In this document: one piece after another, positions 1 through 10,610 of the stretch
Numbering within the stretch: the stretch's first letter is position 1
Layout of the letters: every line of letters begins with the position of its first letter
Origin: Trypanosoma brucei
Lineage: Eukaryota
Direction of reading: 5' to 3'
Assembly: GCA_000002445.1 (NCBI GenBank)
Contig: CP000066.1
Coordinates: 256,001 to 320,000 of the forward strand
DNA length: 64,000 bases
Program-made: the position numbers and the translations under genes
Notes under the pieces: model-generated
Database searches by the model: none
What the model was told of the DNA's origin: nothing
The model's input: only the letters and a program-made list of their open reading frames with translations

Positions 1-3000
1 CAATGCCTGGAGTGAGGAATGTAAGCAGTCACACGACCCCTACATCCCTCTCTCAGTTACAATTTAAGGAGGTGGTGGTGGCCGGTATGTTATCACTGAG
101 GGGATCACATTGGAAAGGAAATGCGCACATGCGTTCTTTCCTTTGTCACCTTCTCTTTTACCCTCCACTATCACCCTTTTCTTTTCCAACCCTTCCCTCA
201 TCGTCATTCCAAGCTTTCAGTGGCACAGTCATCGCTCCGTCTTTTCGGCGGTGCGAGCGCGTCCTGCCCTGTCCTGCGCCATATAATAATCTCCATCCTC
301 AGATTCGCTTAAAACTTTATTATCTAGAGTAATAATCTTCCCCTACCGACGAATGAAATTCCAAGTGCATCCTTGAAACTTGTGGAGAAAAATTTGGGGA
401 AAAGGTGGCCCTTTTTAGGTGCCGTGGTGGAGTCTTTATTACCATCCACTGGTGCTGCGGCCAAATCACAGTTCCCAAAAACCTCCCTGCCGGTTCCGCC
501 GGTGCGACTGCGCTGAAAGAAAGAAAAAAGGGATATTGATCGACCGCCGGGAAGCTCCACTACCGTGCCCGTGCGGGCGCTTAACTTTTGCTCAAACGTA
601 TCTCCACTAGGTCCTTGAATTCATTCCCTGAGGTTCCTTCGCCTTACATGGGAATGCTTCATTACGTGTTAAGCGGGAACTACGGCGGAGAAAGGCCTCT
701 CCACCTTACGAACCGGCTCTCTCTCCTTTCCAAAATTCGTGTGAAAATACAGCTTCTGTGAGGACTGCTGCTTATTTATTAATTTTTTTTTTTTTGGGGG
801 GGGGGGGAGGAGGGTCGTAGGGCGCGAGGTTTTTAGCGACATTTTTGTCTTCCCTGCCCTCTGCGAGTAACGAACGCATTCAACATATTCAGTGTTTGAC
901 CCTCCATTGACGGTGGTGTTTTTTTTTTTCCATGAAGGGCGACGGCTACACAGAGTAGCGCGGACGGAAGTGATGGCGAGAAAGGCAGAAGCTCCCTCCG
1001 CTTCCAAGTCGCGAACTCACTTGGCATACCCGAAATCCCAGCCTCTATTAGGGCGTTCACTCTTTTACATCGTTTTTTTCACCTCCTGGAGTCTCGCAGT
1101 CCCGTCTTCACGGGGCTGAGGCCCCACTACTTGGCTATTTTCCAGCCATGACCAATACAGCGGCGTCCCGCACCGTGTTGAAACTGAATCATCCGTCCAA
1201 ACGCATTCATTTTCAGCCAGATTCCCGTCGTCAATAGCAACCGCAGTTCCACGCAGCGGGAAGCACTTCCCGTCTTCCCGCACCTTGAGACTAGGGTGTC
1301 CCAACCGGAGTGCAGTCTCCGTGAAACTGGGTCATCACTGAAATGTCATTACCTGGAGCCTCGGCAAAGGAAAATGTGGTTGTCTAAACGACTTTCTTGT
1401 GTGTGGCGTGTGGTGGGGACTGTTGGGCAGCATGCCCGCCCGCGTGCACACCCCAAGTGAGTTCGACAATGCACTGGTGGGTGCCAAAGGGGGTCCGAGG
1501 TCTTGTTGCTTGCGATGCGTCGCCGGAAAAACACAAACCACGGCCGGCTTTTGGTGTGGTCGGGGGTAAGGTTACGTGTCCGCGCCGTCGGTTAGCACCT
1601 TTCACGTTGGCGAGGTCAGTTCGTAGCACTTTGGGTGGTGGCGGACTGTGTGTGGGGACGGGCGCTTTGCTCGTATTGGGGTGTGTCCCCCCTTGCGGTA
1701 TGCTCCCCAATTTAAGCAGACCTTCAAGCAATGCAATGCACTTCGCTCGCTATCTACGCGCTATCGCACCCATATGCCAGTGATCGATCGCTTTAAGGGC
1801 GACATCCGCCCCCCTTTCCGAGCGATGCCTAACCGTTAGCACGTCCCCTGTAATGATTACTACGGGTGAGTTGGGAACCTTACGACAAGTTTGTCTCGAG
1901 ACCTACTTGTTCCACAGCTACTTCGCGATCCGTCACCCTGGCGACGCGGGCGCAAGGGCAAAATGGCGGAGATGCTGAAAGCGTTCACGGGTATTATGAG
2001 GTTGGCGCTTGTGCTACAGCCCGGCCCTGACGCGGCTCGCTATCGCTGCTTGATCTCCCTTCCCTGACAACGCCCTGGGGCGTGCCGCCCTGCGGGGGGT
2101 TTCCGTCAATCCCGTGACTGGATGTGGGGTTTATGTGGTTTCGGAGGGGTCATGGCGCTCTTCCGGCGTGCCCTGGTTCCCCCTGGAGACCCTTCTGCGC
2201 CAACTGTCTTTGGGAACCTGTATTTGGCGTTCTATTCCTTCTTGTCCAAGTTGTGAATGTTGTCTGACCAGCGGCGTTGCGGTTTTCCGCCCGTTCCCCT
2301 CACAGGGCAGTGTGTGTTGGGGTCCCGCCTAGAGGTCAACGGTTTCATGCAGCACAGCGTGCAGGGTCAGTAGTGTTATGCCCGGCTCTCTCCCTTGCCG
2401 GTGCCTGCTACCTTTCGTTGCCTTACTGAATATCTGTGGGAGCCGTGAGGCAGCGGTTTCCCCTGCGTCGCCGCGAAGTGTAGACCCTCTGTTGTGTTTT
2501 ACATTATTGCTGCGCTCTGCGCCGTGGCCACTTCGTCGTTCGATTACTACCGTAAGCCGGTGTGTTCGTGGTGGGTGGTTTGTTGATCACTATACCGGTC
2601 TGCACATATTTGCTGCCAATGCTTCTGTATTGGAGCACCCTCTTTGATAGTTGGGAGTTTATGCACCTGTGCTATGCGTTGCGCAGGAAACTCTCGTCGC
2701 TCGTGTGCTTGCATGGGGAACGCAGCGGAGGGGAACGTGGTTGATGAATTTGCCTTAACTGGACGCTTAGGGATATGGTGTTGCGGGAGATTACTTGGTT
2801 CCGTCCACTGGCGTTGCGTAAAAACTTGGTATAACACTCGTCGCTTCAGGCGTTTGGCCGCTTCCTCGACTCGCCAGGTTTACACCTGACGCAACTTGGG
2901 CAGGAGGTCCTATTTCGGCAATTACGGCGGATTGATGCCGGTTGAGTGACGGCGCACCTTTTAAGCGTACTGAACGGTAATTCGGCGTCTCCTCGTGTAC

Positions 3001-3854
3001 CACTGTGTGTAGGAGACGTTGATGTGTTTGAACTTACGATATTAAATATGTTCAGGACCTGTTGGAACGTTAATAAAAAAATTATGCGCCAACTTCACTC
3101 GATTGTACCAAGCGTAGGGTTTCAGAAGCAAATGTATACGTATATATTGCCCGACGGTCGTATGCTGCCACATAACGGCTTGCCCCATATAACCATTTAG
3201 CGGGGGAAGTGGTCTATCGAAAATAAGCAAAGAAAAAAAAACGACACGGTACGAGCGTGATGGAAAGTAAGGGTGCCCTTTGGACTAGATTTTCACGCTA
3301 GATTCTCTATATTGACTGCTCATGCCATGGGTGGTTGTGGGATAACAAACAAACACAAAAAAATGTGACTCCGCTACTAGCTGTTGCGCTGCATTTCATA
3401 CCGCGAGGTATGGGGAATTATCTTCTTTTTCTGAAACCAAGGAAGTGCATGCATGTGTGAGTTGCCACCTCTGCTACATATATGTTTGGGTCCATAGCCA
3501 AAAGAGCGGAAAGGGTGGACTGAATTACGCACGCATAATGGACCAATACAAAATATTTATTCTTTTCCTACCATTGCTTATCACACCTTTTCTGTTAGTA
3601 AGGGTTATTATTGTTTGTGTTTTGATACAAATGGGGTGACATATAAACTCAACATGCTGGGGGTCACAGGCGTGCGAAGGCACTGAGCGAACGGTGAACA
3701 CCCAATCACTAAGTAACCAAATGTGTTATTTCCGCCTTTGTGTGTGCCGTTGTTGAGAGCACTATGTTGTGCTTTAAGGGTACCACTGTATTTTTTCTCC
3801 TTTTCGCGTATGCTCATTTACTGATTTTAATTAGTTGCAGTAAAAGAAATAAGT

Positions 3855-5055
3855 ATGAAGAACAGTGTTGCGCGCACTCAACCAGTGCGCAAGTATGAGA
3901 ACTTTACTTTGGAGAATAACTTACCGTTGGCACTGGGGGCCAATTTTCACGATGACCCAATTTGTCGCGATACAAACAGAACTAGTCACACGTTACTGTT
4001 GCCACGGAATGTAGACTATGCCCCCCATACAGAGTACGTATTTAATGGAGGTGGCTTCAATCGGGAAAATAAGATGAGAACTATTGATGAAGAGTTTGTC
4101 GATGAGGACGAGCCTGTGTTTGATGGTTGGATGACAGTAAACTTTGATAACCCCGATGACGCGAAGGATCACGTTGTGTCCTTTCTTGCGTACTTTGTGG
4201 AAGATATTCCAGAAGGGACTGAGACTAAGATCGTGAGGAAGGTTTGCATTCGTTATTACACACAGGATAATAGCATATCTGTGCAAGAGGCGAAGCAACA
4301 AAACAGTGGTATTGTGCAATCGACCATTCTGTCCCGAAGACAAGTACCGAGAAGAATGGACAACATCAATGATATTGTTATGCTGGAAGACTTCCAAATA
4401 GGTGGAACAATTACGTTATTCAGCAGAGAGTATCATATTCTTGACATGGATGCGAGAAGCCGCCTTTATTATAAGAAGGTACTTGGTCAAACAGTGCCAG
4501 AACCGTTGCCGTGGCCAATTGAGATTGACAAATTCACTACAATGCAAGCTCAACTATCCAAAAGCACTCATCGTCTTGCTACATCTGAAGATATGGACCA
4601 GAAGCGTGCGATTGAACAACAACTGACTGGTATTTACACGAAGCATCCCACGGAAGATATTCTTACAGCTCAAAACTTCCTTCGTCATAACATAAATGAG
4701 CACCTGACATTTTTAGCCCTGTGGGACGATCGCGAAAGTCTTAGTGGCGACCTTCGCTTTGTTGTGATTCGTCTGTATCTAGAGAATAACACTGTGGAGA
4801 TTATTGAGAGAAGACAAGAAAATTCCGGGCGAATGGGCAGTTCGGTGATTTTGGGCCGTCAGCGGGTTGCTCGCCCCGGTGCGGAAGGGAGCAAAATCCG
4901 TTTCCAGGAGCATACGTTTGGTGTTATATTAAAGCGGGACTTTCTTGTGGCAGAAGACATGAAAGTGGGAGAAACATATCATATTCACGGTCGACCCTAT
5001 TTTATATACGATGCCGACGAAGCAACACGCCGTTACATGAAGAACGAACTTGGTA
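3855..5055 (+). CDS. EFHC1: N-terminal fragment of the EFHC1/Rib72-like gene (upstream of IS10 insertion)
   Basis: ORF track 3855..5093. Two DM10-type segments. The last 38 nt of that ORF are IS10 sequence. Confidence 0.75.
5047..5055. repeat. Left copy of 9-bp target-site duplication AACTTGGTA generated by IS10 insertion (right copy at 6385-6393)
   Basis: Identical 9-mer immediately abuts both IS10 termini. 9 bp is the TSD length made by IS10/Tn10 transposase. Confidence 0.9.
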
Positions 5056-6384
5056 CTGATGAATCCCCTAATGATTTTGGTAAAAATCATTAAGTTAAGG
5101 TGGATACACATCTTGTCATATGATCAAATGGTTTCGCGAAAAATCAATAATCAGACAACAAGATGTGCGAACTCGATATTTTACACGACTCTCTTTACCA
5201 ATTCTGCCCCGAATTACACTTAAAACGACTCAACAGCTTAACGTTGGCTTGCCACGCATTACTTGACTGTAAAACTCTCACTCTTACCGAACTTGGCCGT
5301 AACCTGCCAACCAAAGCGAGAACAAAACATAACATCAAACGAATCGACCGATTGTTAGGTAATCGTCACCTCCACAAAGAGCGACTCGCTGTATACCGTT
5401 GGCATGCTAGCTTTATCTGTTCGGGCAATACGATGCCCATTGTACTTGTTGACTGGTCTGATATTCGTGAGCAAAAACGACTTATGGTATTGCGAGCTTC
5501 AGTCGCACTACACGGTCGTTCTGTTACTCTTTATGAGAAAGCGTTCCCGCTTTCAGAGCAATGTTCAAAGAAAGCTCATGACCAATTTCTAGCCGACCTT
5601 GCGAGCATTCTACCGAGTAACACCACACCGCTCATTGTCAGTGATGCTGGCTTTAAAGTGCCATGGTATAAATCCGTTGAGAAGCTGGGTTGGTACTGGT
5701 TAAGTCGAGTAAGAGGAAAAGTACAATATGCAGACCTAGGAGCGGAAAACTGGAAACCTATCAGCAACTTACATGATATGTCATCTAGTCACTCAAAGAC
5801 TTTAGGCTATAAGAGGCTGACTAAAAGCAATCCAATCTCATGCCAAATTCTATTGTATAAATCTCGCTCTAAAGGCCGAAAAAATCAGCGCTCGACACGG
5901 ACTCATTGTCACCACCCGTCACCTAAAATCTACTCAGCGTCGGCAAAGGAGCCATGGGTTCTAGCAACTAACTTACCTGTTGAAATTCGAACACCCAAAC
6001 AACTTGTTAATATCTATTCGAAGCGAATGCAGATTGAAGAAACCTTCCGAGACTTGAAAAGTCCTGCCTACGGACTAGGCCTACGCCATAGCCGAACGAG
6101 CAGCTCAGAGCGTTTTGATATCATGCTGCTAATCGCCCTGATGCTTCAACTAACATGTTGGCTTGCGGGCGTTCATGCTCAGAAACAAGGTTGGGACAAG
6201 CACTTCCAGGCTAACACAGTCAGAAATCGAAACGTACTCTCAACAGTTCGCTTAGGCATGGAAGTTTTGCGGCATTCTGGCTACACAATAACAAGGGAAG
6301 ACTTACTCGTGGCTGCAACCCTACTAGCTCAAAATTTATTCACACATGGTTACGCTTTGGGGAAATTATGAGGGGATCTCTCAG
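5056..6384 (+). mobile_element. IS10: Complete bacterial insertion sequence IS10 (IS4 family; the IS of Tn10), 1,329 bp, with outside end CTGATGAATCCCCTAATGATTTTGG... and inside end ...GGGGAAATTATGAGGGGATCTCTCAG
   Basis: Seen directly: the terminal sequences match the IS10 outside and inside ends as I remember them. The length is exactly 1,329 bp. It carries one 402-aa ORF whose sequence I recognise as the IS10/Tn10 transposase (MCELDILHDSLYQFCPELHLKRLNS...HGYALGKL). It is flanked by a perfect 9-bp direct repeat. Its composition and codon usage are unlike the surrounding trypanosomatid DNA. Confidence 0.93.
5163..6371 (+). CDS. tnpA: IS10 transposase (DDE transposase, IS4 family), full length 402 aa, no frameshift or premature stop
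   Basis: ORF-track protein 5163..6371 is recognisably the Tn10/IS10R transposase, and it lies entirely inside the IS10 ends. Confidence 0.93.
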   Translation: MCELDILHDSLYQFCPELHLKRLNSLTLACHALLDCKTLTLTELGRNLPTKARTKHNIKRIDRLLGNRHLHKERLAVYRWHASFICSGNTMPIVLVDWSDIREQKRLMVLRASVALHGRSVTLYEKAFPLSEQCSKKAHDQFLADLASILPSNTTPLIVSDAGFKVPWYKSVEKLGWYWLSRVRGKVQYADLGAENWKPISNLHDMSSSHSKTLGYKRLTKSNPISCQILLYKSRSKGRKNQRSTRTHCHHPSPKIYSASAKEPWVLATNLPVEIRTPKQLVNIYSKRMQIEETFRDLKSPAYGLGLRHSRTSSSERFDIMLLIALMLQLTCWLAGVHAQKQGWDKHFQANTVRNRNVLSTVRLGMEVLRHSGYTITREDLLVAATLLAQNLFTHGYALGKL

Positions 6385-6393
6385 AACTTGGTA
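6385..6393. repeat. Right copy of 9-bp target-site duplication AACTTGGTA
   Basis: See left copy at 5047-5055. Confidence 0.9.
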
Positions 6394-7532
6394 TTGAACT
6401 CGCACCGTGTGTAGACATAAAGCCTATCCTTGCCTCCGACGAGAAAAAGCCAATAATATTCTTTCCTCCCCCACCAAACGGCTTTGGGAGCGAACGAGAA
6501 AACCGATCAAGTTGGCTAACTTTAAATCCAAGGCCGATGCGCCGTGATGTTGAAAAAATTGAAAAAGAAGAGGGCAGGGTCATGAATTTTTTGGCGGAGT
6601 TGGCCAATCCTTTGGTCCGCGGTGATGAGAAGAGGAGATTTGTTATATCCTTTTTTAGAGAAACTGATGAAATGTCTATTTATGAAAAACCCGAACGGAA
6701 CTCAGGTTACCTTGCCGGGAGGTTTCTTGCAAAAGGTGTTTATCGGAAACCAATGCCAGATGGCTCAACCGTTCCCTACACGGCAGAGGACTTCCAGGTT
6801 GGGAAGGAGATTACAATACTTGAGCGTCCTTTTCGTCTCCTCGATATGAGTGAAGAGACGAAGAGGATACTTACCGTAACGGAGCAACTCCCTTCTGAGC
6901 AGCGGCTGAAGGAGTTACTTCTTTTATTCAAGCAGCAAATTCAGCTAAAATTTACTCGTGGCCACGAAGCCTACTGTACATTGGCTCCTAAGGGAGTATT
7001 GGGCTATCGTCAGGTTCGCGAATTCTTAAGGTCGTGTAGCTGTTCTATAACCGAGGACGAAGCACTCCTCCTCGTACACAACCTCGTTCCTTCTAGTGCC
7101 GGAGTGATTTCATTTAATGAGTTCATGGATTTGGTGAACATAACCTCTTCAGAACATATGGATGAAGCTTCACTGACGGTGCGCTCTGTAAAGAGCGTAA
7201 ACATGACAAAAGACGAATCACTGAAGACAGTAGCTATCAAAACAGAGGACGTGAAACGAAGGAAACAGCTTGCAGTTGAGTTACGCCAAAAGTTGATCCA
7301 AAGGAAGGGTTCCGTACAGGAGCAGTTTCGCCTCATTGGTTGCCACAGCGCATCATCCCGGTTAAATCGAGATGTTTTCCGCCACTCACTGAACGAAGTA
7401 ATGCACTTTAACGTTCCTAAGACGGACGAGGATATGCTTGTGTCACTCCTTTTCGATGGGAGAGCTGACGAAAACGGCGACATAACGTACAAGCAATTCC
7501 AAGAATTCCTTGAGGTTCAGGATGATATCTAG
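6385..7532 (+). CDS. EFHC1: C-terminal fragment of the EFHC1/Rib72-like gene (downstream of IS10). The ORF track starts at an internal Met at 6537, but the frame is open from the IS10 end.
   Basis: Same frame as 3855. Third DM10-like segment and EF-hand-like C-terminus. Confidence 0.75.
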
Positions 7533-7778
7533 ATTTTATTTTTCAAAAATTCTCCATCGTGGATGTGAACAAATACACGAATGATATTATGTTTTAAATT
7601 TTTATTCATTGATATGTATACTGGTGATGTTAGATTAGCTAGAGAGGAACTGCAACATAGGTAATCGAAACCGATACAGTAGTTTTTGTATTGAATGTTG
7701 GTAGCAGCGGTCGGTTGACTGTTTAATGGCTCAGTTTGTCGCATTTTTGTAATACTTCGTTGGTGCCATAGCTGCCTT

Positions 7779-9158
7779 ATGTTCATTTGTCCTCTCTGCG
7801 TGTTGTTTCTTCAGACTAGTTGTATGAGGAATGCCCCATTGCTCTTGTTTGGAGCGGGTGGAACCCTCGGAGGGGTTAAAAAGATAGCCAATCCTAAGAC
7901 TATTCCGTACCACAGTTGGGTGCTTTCAGAAAAGTCGAGGGTCCTATTAGACTCTATTCACCATCCTCTAGTCACAGAATACTTTCTTCGACTAAACATG
8001 AGGCGTGTGGGGCTTGAACAACAACAAGAGTGCGCTGACTTGGCTTCACTGCACACTAAAGTCGGGGACACTTCTTACAATCACGTGATGTGGAATATTC
8101 AGTACAGAGATGAACTGGACGTGTCGGAGAGGCTATCAGCCCATTTACTGAAGATTAATGACAACATAAAGTTGAAGGACCAACTTCATTCACATGAAAC
8201 TCTGTCAGACGACGATCGGGATATATTACTCATGGTAGAAGAAGATGTCCGGGAGCTCGTTGAGAAGGTTCGTGACATGGATAGTGACGTGAATGCCGTC
8301 ATGACGCGGCGTCTCAATTTGAGTGATGCTCTGGGATCATGTACCAACACATGGTCGCTTGAGGTTGCTGGAAAGGCTGGTGGCGAGGAGGCATCTCTAT
8401 TTGCATCTGAGTTGCTCGAGATGTATAGGGCATACGCAACTGAAATAAGGCATTGGAGCGTTGATGTGGACGGTGGTGAAGGAGATGGCGAGCCCGTTAG
8501 TTCCGGTGGTCCTGCAGTCGGTGGAAATGGAATGAAAATTAAAGTTAAAGGGGAAGGGGTGTACCGCAATCTACGGCATGAGATTGGGGTTCACAAGGTT
8601 CAACGGGTACCCGTTACCGACCAAGATGGAAAGATGCAAACCTCTACAGCTGTGGTTACTCTGATGCCCGTGCTTGACCCAGTTTCTGTTGATGTTCACG
8701 AAAAGGATTGCAACATTGAATTCGTTCGGGGGTCAGGACCAGGGGGTCAGGGAATGCAAAGCAGTTCCAACGCCGTTTGTTTAACGCATAAACCATCTGG
8801 TATATCAGTCAAATGTCACCAGTCCCGGTCGGCTCTTGGAAATAAGGAACTTGCGCTACAGATGGTCGCCCAACAACTGTTGGTACGTCGTGTAAAGGAC
8901 CAAAATTCTTCTCTTCATGAGACGTGGTGCAATCAATGGAGCAGTGGAGAGCGATCAGACAAAATGAGGACGTACAATTACCCACAAAACCGTGTCACTG
9001 ATCATCGCCTCGGGAGGGATTACTCCTTGGGAACGTTTTTAGATGGCGGTGCTGGTCTGGTGGGATTGCACGATGACCTTAACGCAATCGATGATAGGCA
9101 ACAACTTGTACGAGTGCTTTTGCAACATATTGAGAGCGACTTCAACTGTGTTACGTAA
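7779..9158 (+). CDS. Peptide chain release factor, class I RF1-type (probably organellar/mitochondrial)
   Basis: GGQ motif in RF-1 domain context (VRGSGPGGQGMQSSSNAVCLTHKPSGISVKCHQSRSALGNKELAL). PCRF-like region upstream. The hydrophobic/basic N-terminus is consistent with a presequence. Confidence 0.85.
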   Translation: MFICPLCVLFLQTSCMRNAPLLLFGAGGTLGGVKKIANPKTIPYHSWVLSEKSRVLLDSIHHPLVTEYFLRLNMRRVGLEQQQECADLASLHTKVGDTSYNHVMWNIQYRDELDVSERLSAHLLKINDNIKLKDQLHSHETLSDDDRDILLMVEEDVRELVEKVRDMDSDVNAVMTRRLNLSDALGSCTNTWSLEVAGKAGGEEASLFASELLEMYRAYATEIRHWSVDVDGGEGDGEPVSSGGPAVGGNGMKIKVKGEGVYRNLRHEIGVHKVQRVPVTDQDGKMQTSTAVVTLMPVLDPVSVDVHEKDCNIEFVRGSGPGGQGMQSSSNAVCLTHKPSGISVKCHQSRSALGNKELALQMVAQQLLVRRVKDQNSSLHETWCNQWSSGERSDKMRTYNYPQNRVTDHRLGRDYSLGTFLDGGAGLVGLHDDLNAIDDRQQLVRVLLQHIESDFNCVT

Positions 9159-9390
9159 AGGAAAAAAAGTGACAGAGAGAAGACGTGGGTGCCTAGTTCT
9201 ATCAATCGGTACTGCGATCCTTATTCGAGTGAGCAACCCGTGTTACTCTAAACTGATGTACCTTTTTTCACCCTGCTTGGAGGTTAATAGTCCGATATAG
9301 TTATTGCTGGCCTTTTGTGCACTTTCATCTGCACCCTATTGAGTCTACTTGGAAACTATTAATAGCCAACAACCAGCTGAGGGATAACGG

Positions 9391-10188
9391 GTGACGAGTA
9401 CTGGAACATTACAAGAAGCAACAGTATTTTCGATGGCACAGGAGGGATTGAAAGAGGTAACGGATTCTCCATATTTTCTTAAGAAGTGGCTTGCCTTTAT
9501 CGATTACGCAGCCAATGACCTTTTCGGAGGCCCGCGGCCCCTCAAGGCAGCCCATGTCATCAATCTGCAGAAGGGCGGGACGCTCTTCTTTTGCTTGTGG
9601 TTGATGAAGAAGTCTGGTAACTACTCCGCAACGGCGATAACATATACCGCCCTTCATGGTGGATACGGTCTCTGCTGGTTACTGAAAGAGCTTGTTTTCC
9701 CAGATCCAAAGTGGCAAAAACACATCACGTTTGCAGGGGCTCTCACCATATTTGCCTCTGTTCTGGGACCCTACTGGTATATTGTATACAATGCAATTAT
9801 AAGAAAGGCAGAGCGTTCTGAGGGTGCACTCTGCGCAGCAACTCTTGTATACTTAATTGGACTTGTAATGATGATGTGCAGTGACTGTCAAAAATACTTC
9901 GTGTTGAAGAAAAAGAAGGGTCTTATAACTGATGGTTTTTTCTCTCGTATTCGGCATCCTAATTACCTTGGGGAGATGATGATCTATGGTACGTTTGGCT
10001 TCATCTCGAATCATGTGGGGTCCTTTGGGGTTCTTGCGTGGGTTTGGGTAGGACTGTTTCTCCCTTTCATGATTCAAAAGGAGGCAAGCATGAGTCGCTA
10101 CAGTGAATGGAGGGCGTACAAAAGCCGGACTGGTTTCTTGCTACCAAGTGTTCTTCCTCCGAAGCAGAAAACTACAACGGTAGAATGA
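9391..10188 (+). CDS. Polytopic membrane methyltransferase of the ICMT/PEMT superfamily (isoprenylcysteine carboxyl methyltransferase-like)
   Basis: Several hydrophobic helices. C-terminal signature FSRIRHPNYLGE…FG…EASMSRYSEWRAYKSRTGFLLP matches the RHPxY–EE family motif of the ICMT/phospholipid-methyltransferase superfamily. Confidence 0.6.
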   Translation: MTSTGTLQEATVFSMAQEGLKEVTDSPYFLKKWLAFIDYAANDLFGGPRPLKAAHVINLQKGGTLFFCLWLMKKSGNYSATAITYTALHGGYGLCWLLKELVFPDPKWQKHITFAGALTIFASVLGPYWYIVYNAIIRKAERSEGALCAATLVYLIGLVMMMCSDCQKYFVLKKKKGLITDGFFSRIRHPNYLGEMMIYGTFGFISNHVGSFGVLAWVWVGLFLPFMIQKEASMSRYSEWRAYKSRTGFLLPSVLPPKQKTTTVE

Positions 10189-10610
10189 TGCAGCGCGAGC
10201 ATTCGAAGTTAGTTCTTTTCTCCCATCAATATTAGTGGGGCTATGGTTCTATCCCATCTTCAGTGTGGTCGGCTGCGTTTTTTTCCTTTTACTTGGCGTG
10301 CTGTAGCTCGCGAAACCATCACTCCATCATTTGCCGGTTTTCACCCCACTTAGTTTAGGGGACGGAAATTGCTTGTGTTTCTTAAATTTCTTGGGCGGTT
10401 ACCTCTCTTCACATCACCAGGCAATGCACGTGTATATTTAACTAAACGCTGTGCTTCACGCGGGGTTACCCCGACTTTAGAAATTGTGGTTATGTTTTTT
10501 CCACCTTCCTTTTGCCCTTCAGGAGTATCAAAGTTAGAGTGTGTTGTGCTGGTGCGACAGTGAAAAGACAAAAATAAAGGGCAATACACATCTCACAAAC
10601 CGAGTTAACC

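Larger units (their letters stand above)
3855..7532 (+). pseudogene. EFHC1: EFHC1/Rib72-like flagellar protein gene (three DM10 domains + C-terminal EF-hand region) interrupted by IS10. The reconstructed intact CDS is 3855..5055 joined to 6394..7532 (779 codons).
   Basis: Frame-0 ORF 3855..5093 ends 12 codons into the IS (…KNELGT|DESPNDFGKNH*). The same frame resumes after the IS (…ELGIELAPCVDIK…MRRDVEKIEKEEG…) and continues into ORF 6537..7532. Removing IS + one TSD (1,338 bp = 446 codons) fuses both parts without a stop. DM10-like segments are visible (KIVRKVCIRYYTQDNSISV…, RFVVIRLYLENNTVEI…, RRFVISFFRETDEMSIYE…RNSG…). There is an EF-hand-like loop near the C-terminus (DENGDITYKQFQEFL). Confidence 0.8.

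Noticed and set aside
1384-2889. Cluster of 60-130-aa ORFs on both strands in the GC-rich leader (1384..1731, 1397..1783, 2378..2647, 2547..2837, etc.)
   Set aside because: They are mutually overlapping, Arg/Pro/Gly/Cys-rich and typical of random ORFs in GC-rich DNA. None shows a recognisable motif. I treated the region as non-coding or a possible element remnant instead.
5056-6384. Possibility that the whole window is bacterial or that IS10 marks a genuine horizontal transfer into the parasite
   Set aside because: Everything outside 5056-6384 is unmistakably kinetoplastid: Ran, PP2Ac, Sec24, polyY-AG spacers and a unidirectional gene array. The IS is mutation-free and flanked by a fresh TSD inside an otherwise intact conserved gene. 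This is what is seen when IS10 jumps from the E. coli host chromosome into a cloned insert. I therefore favour the artefact interpretation, while flagging it as the top item to verify.
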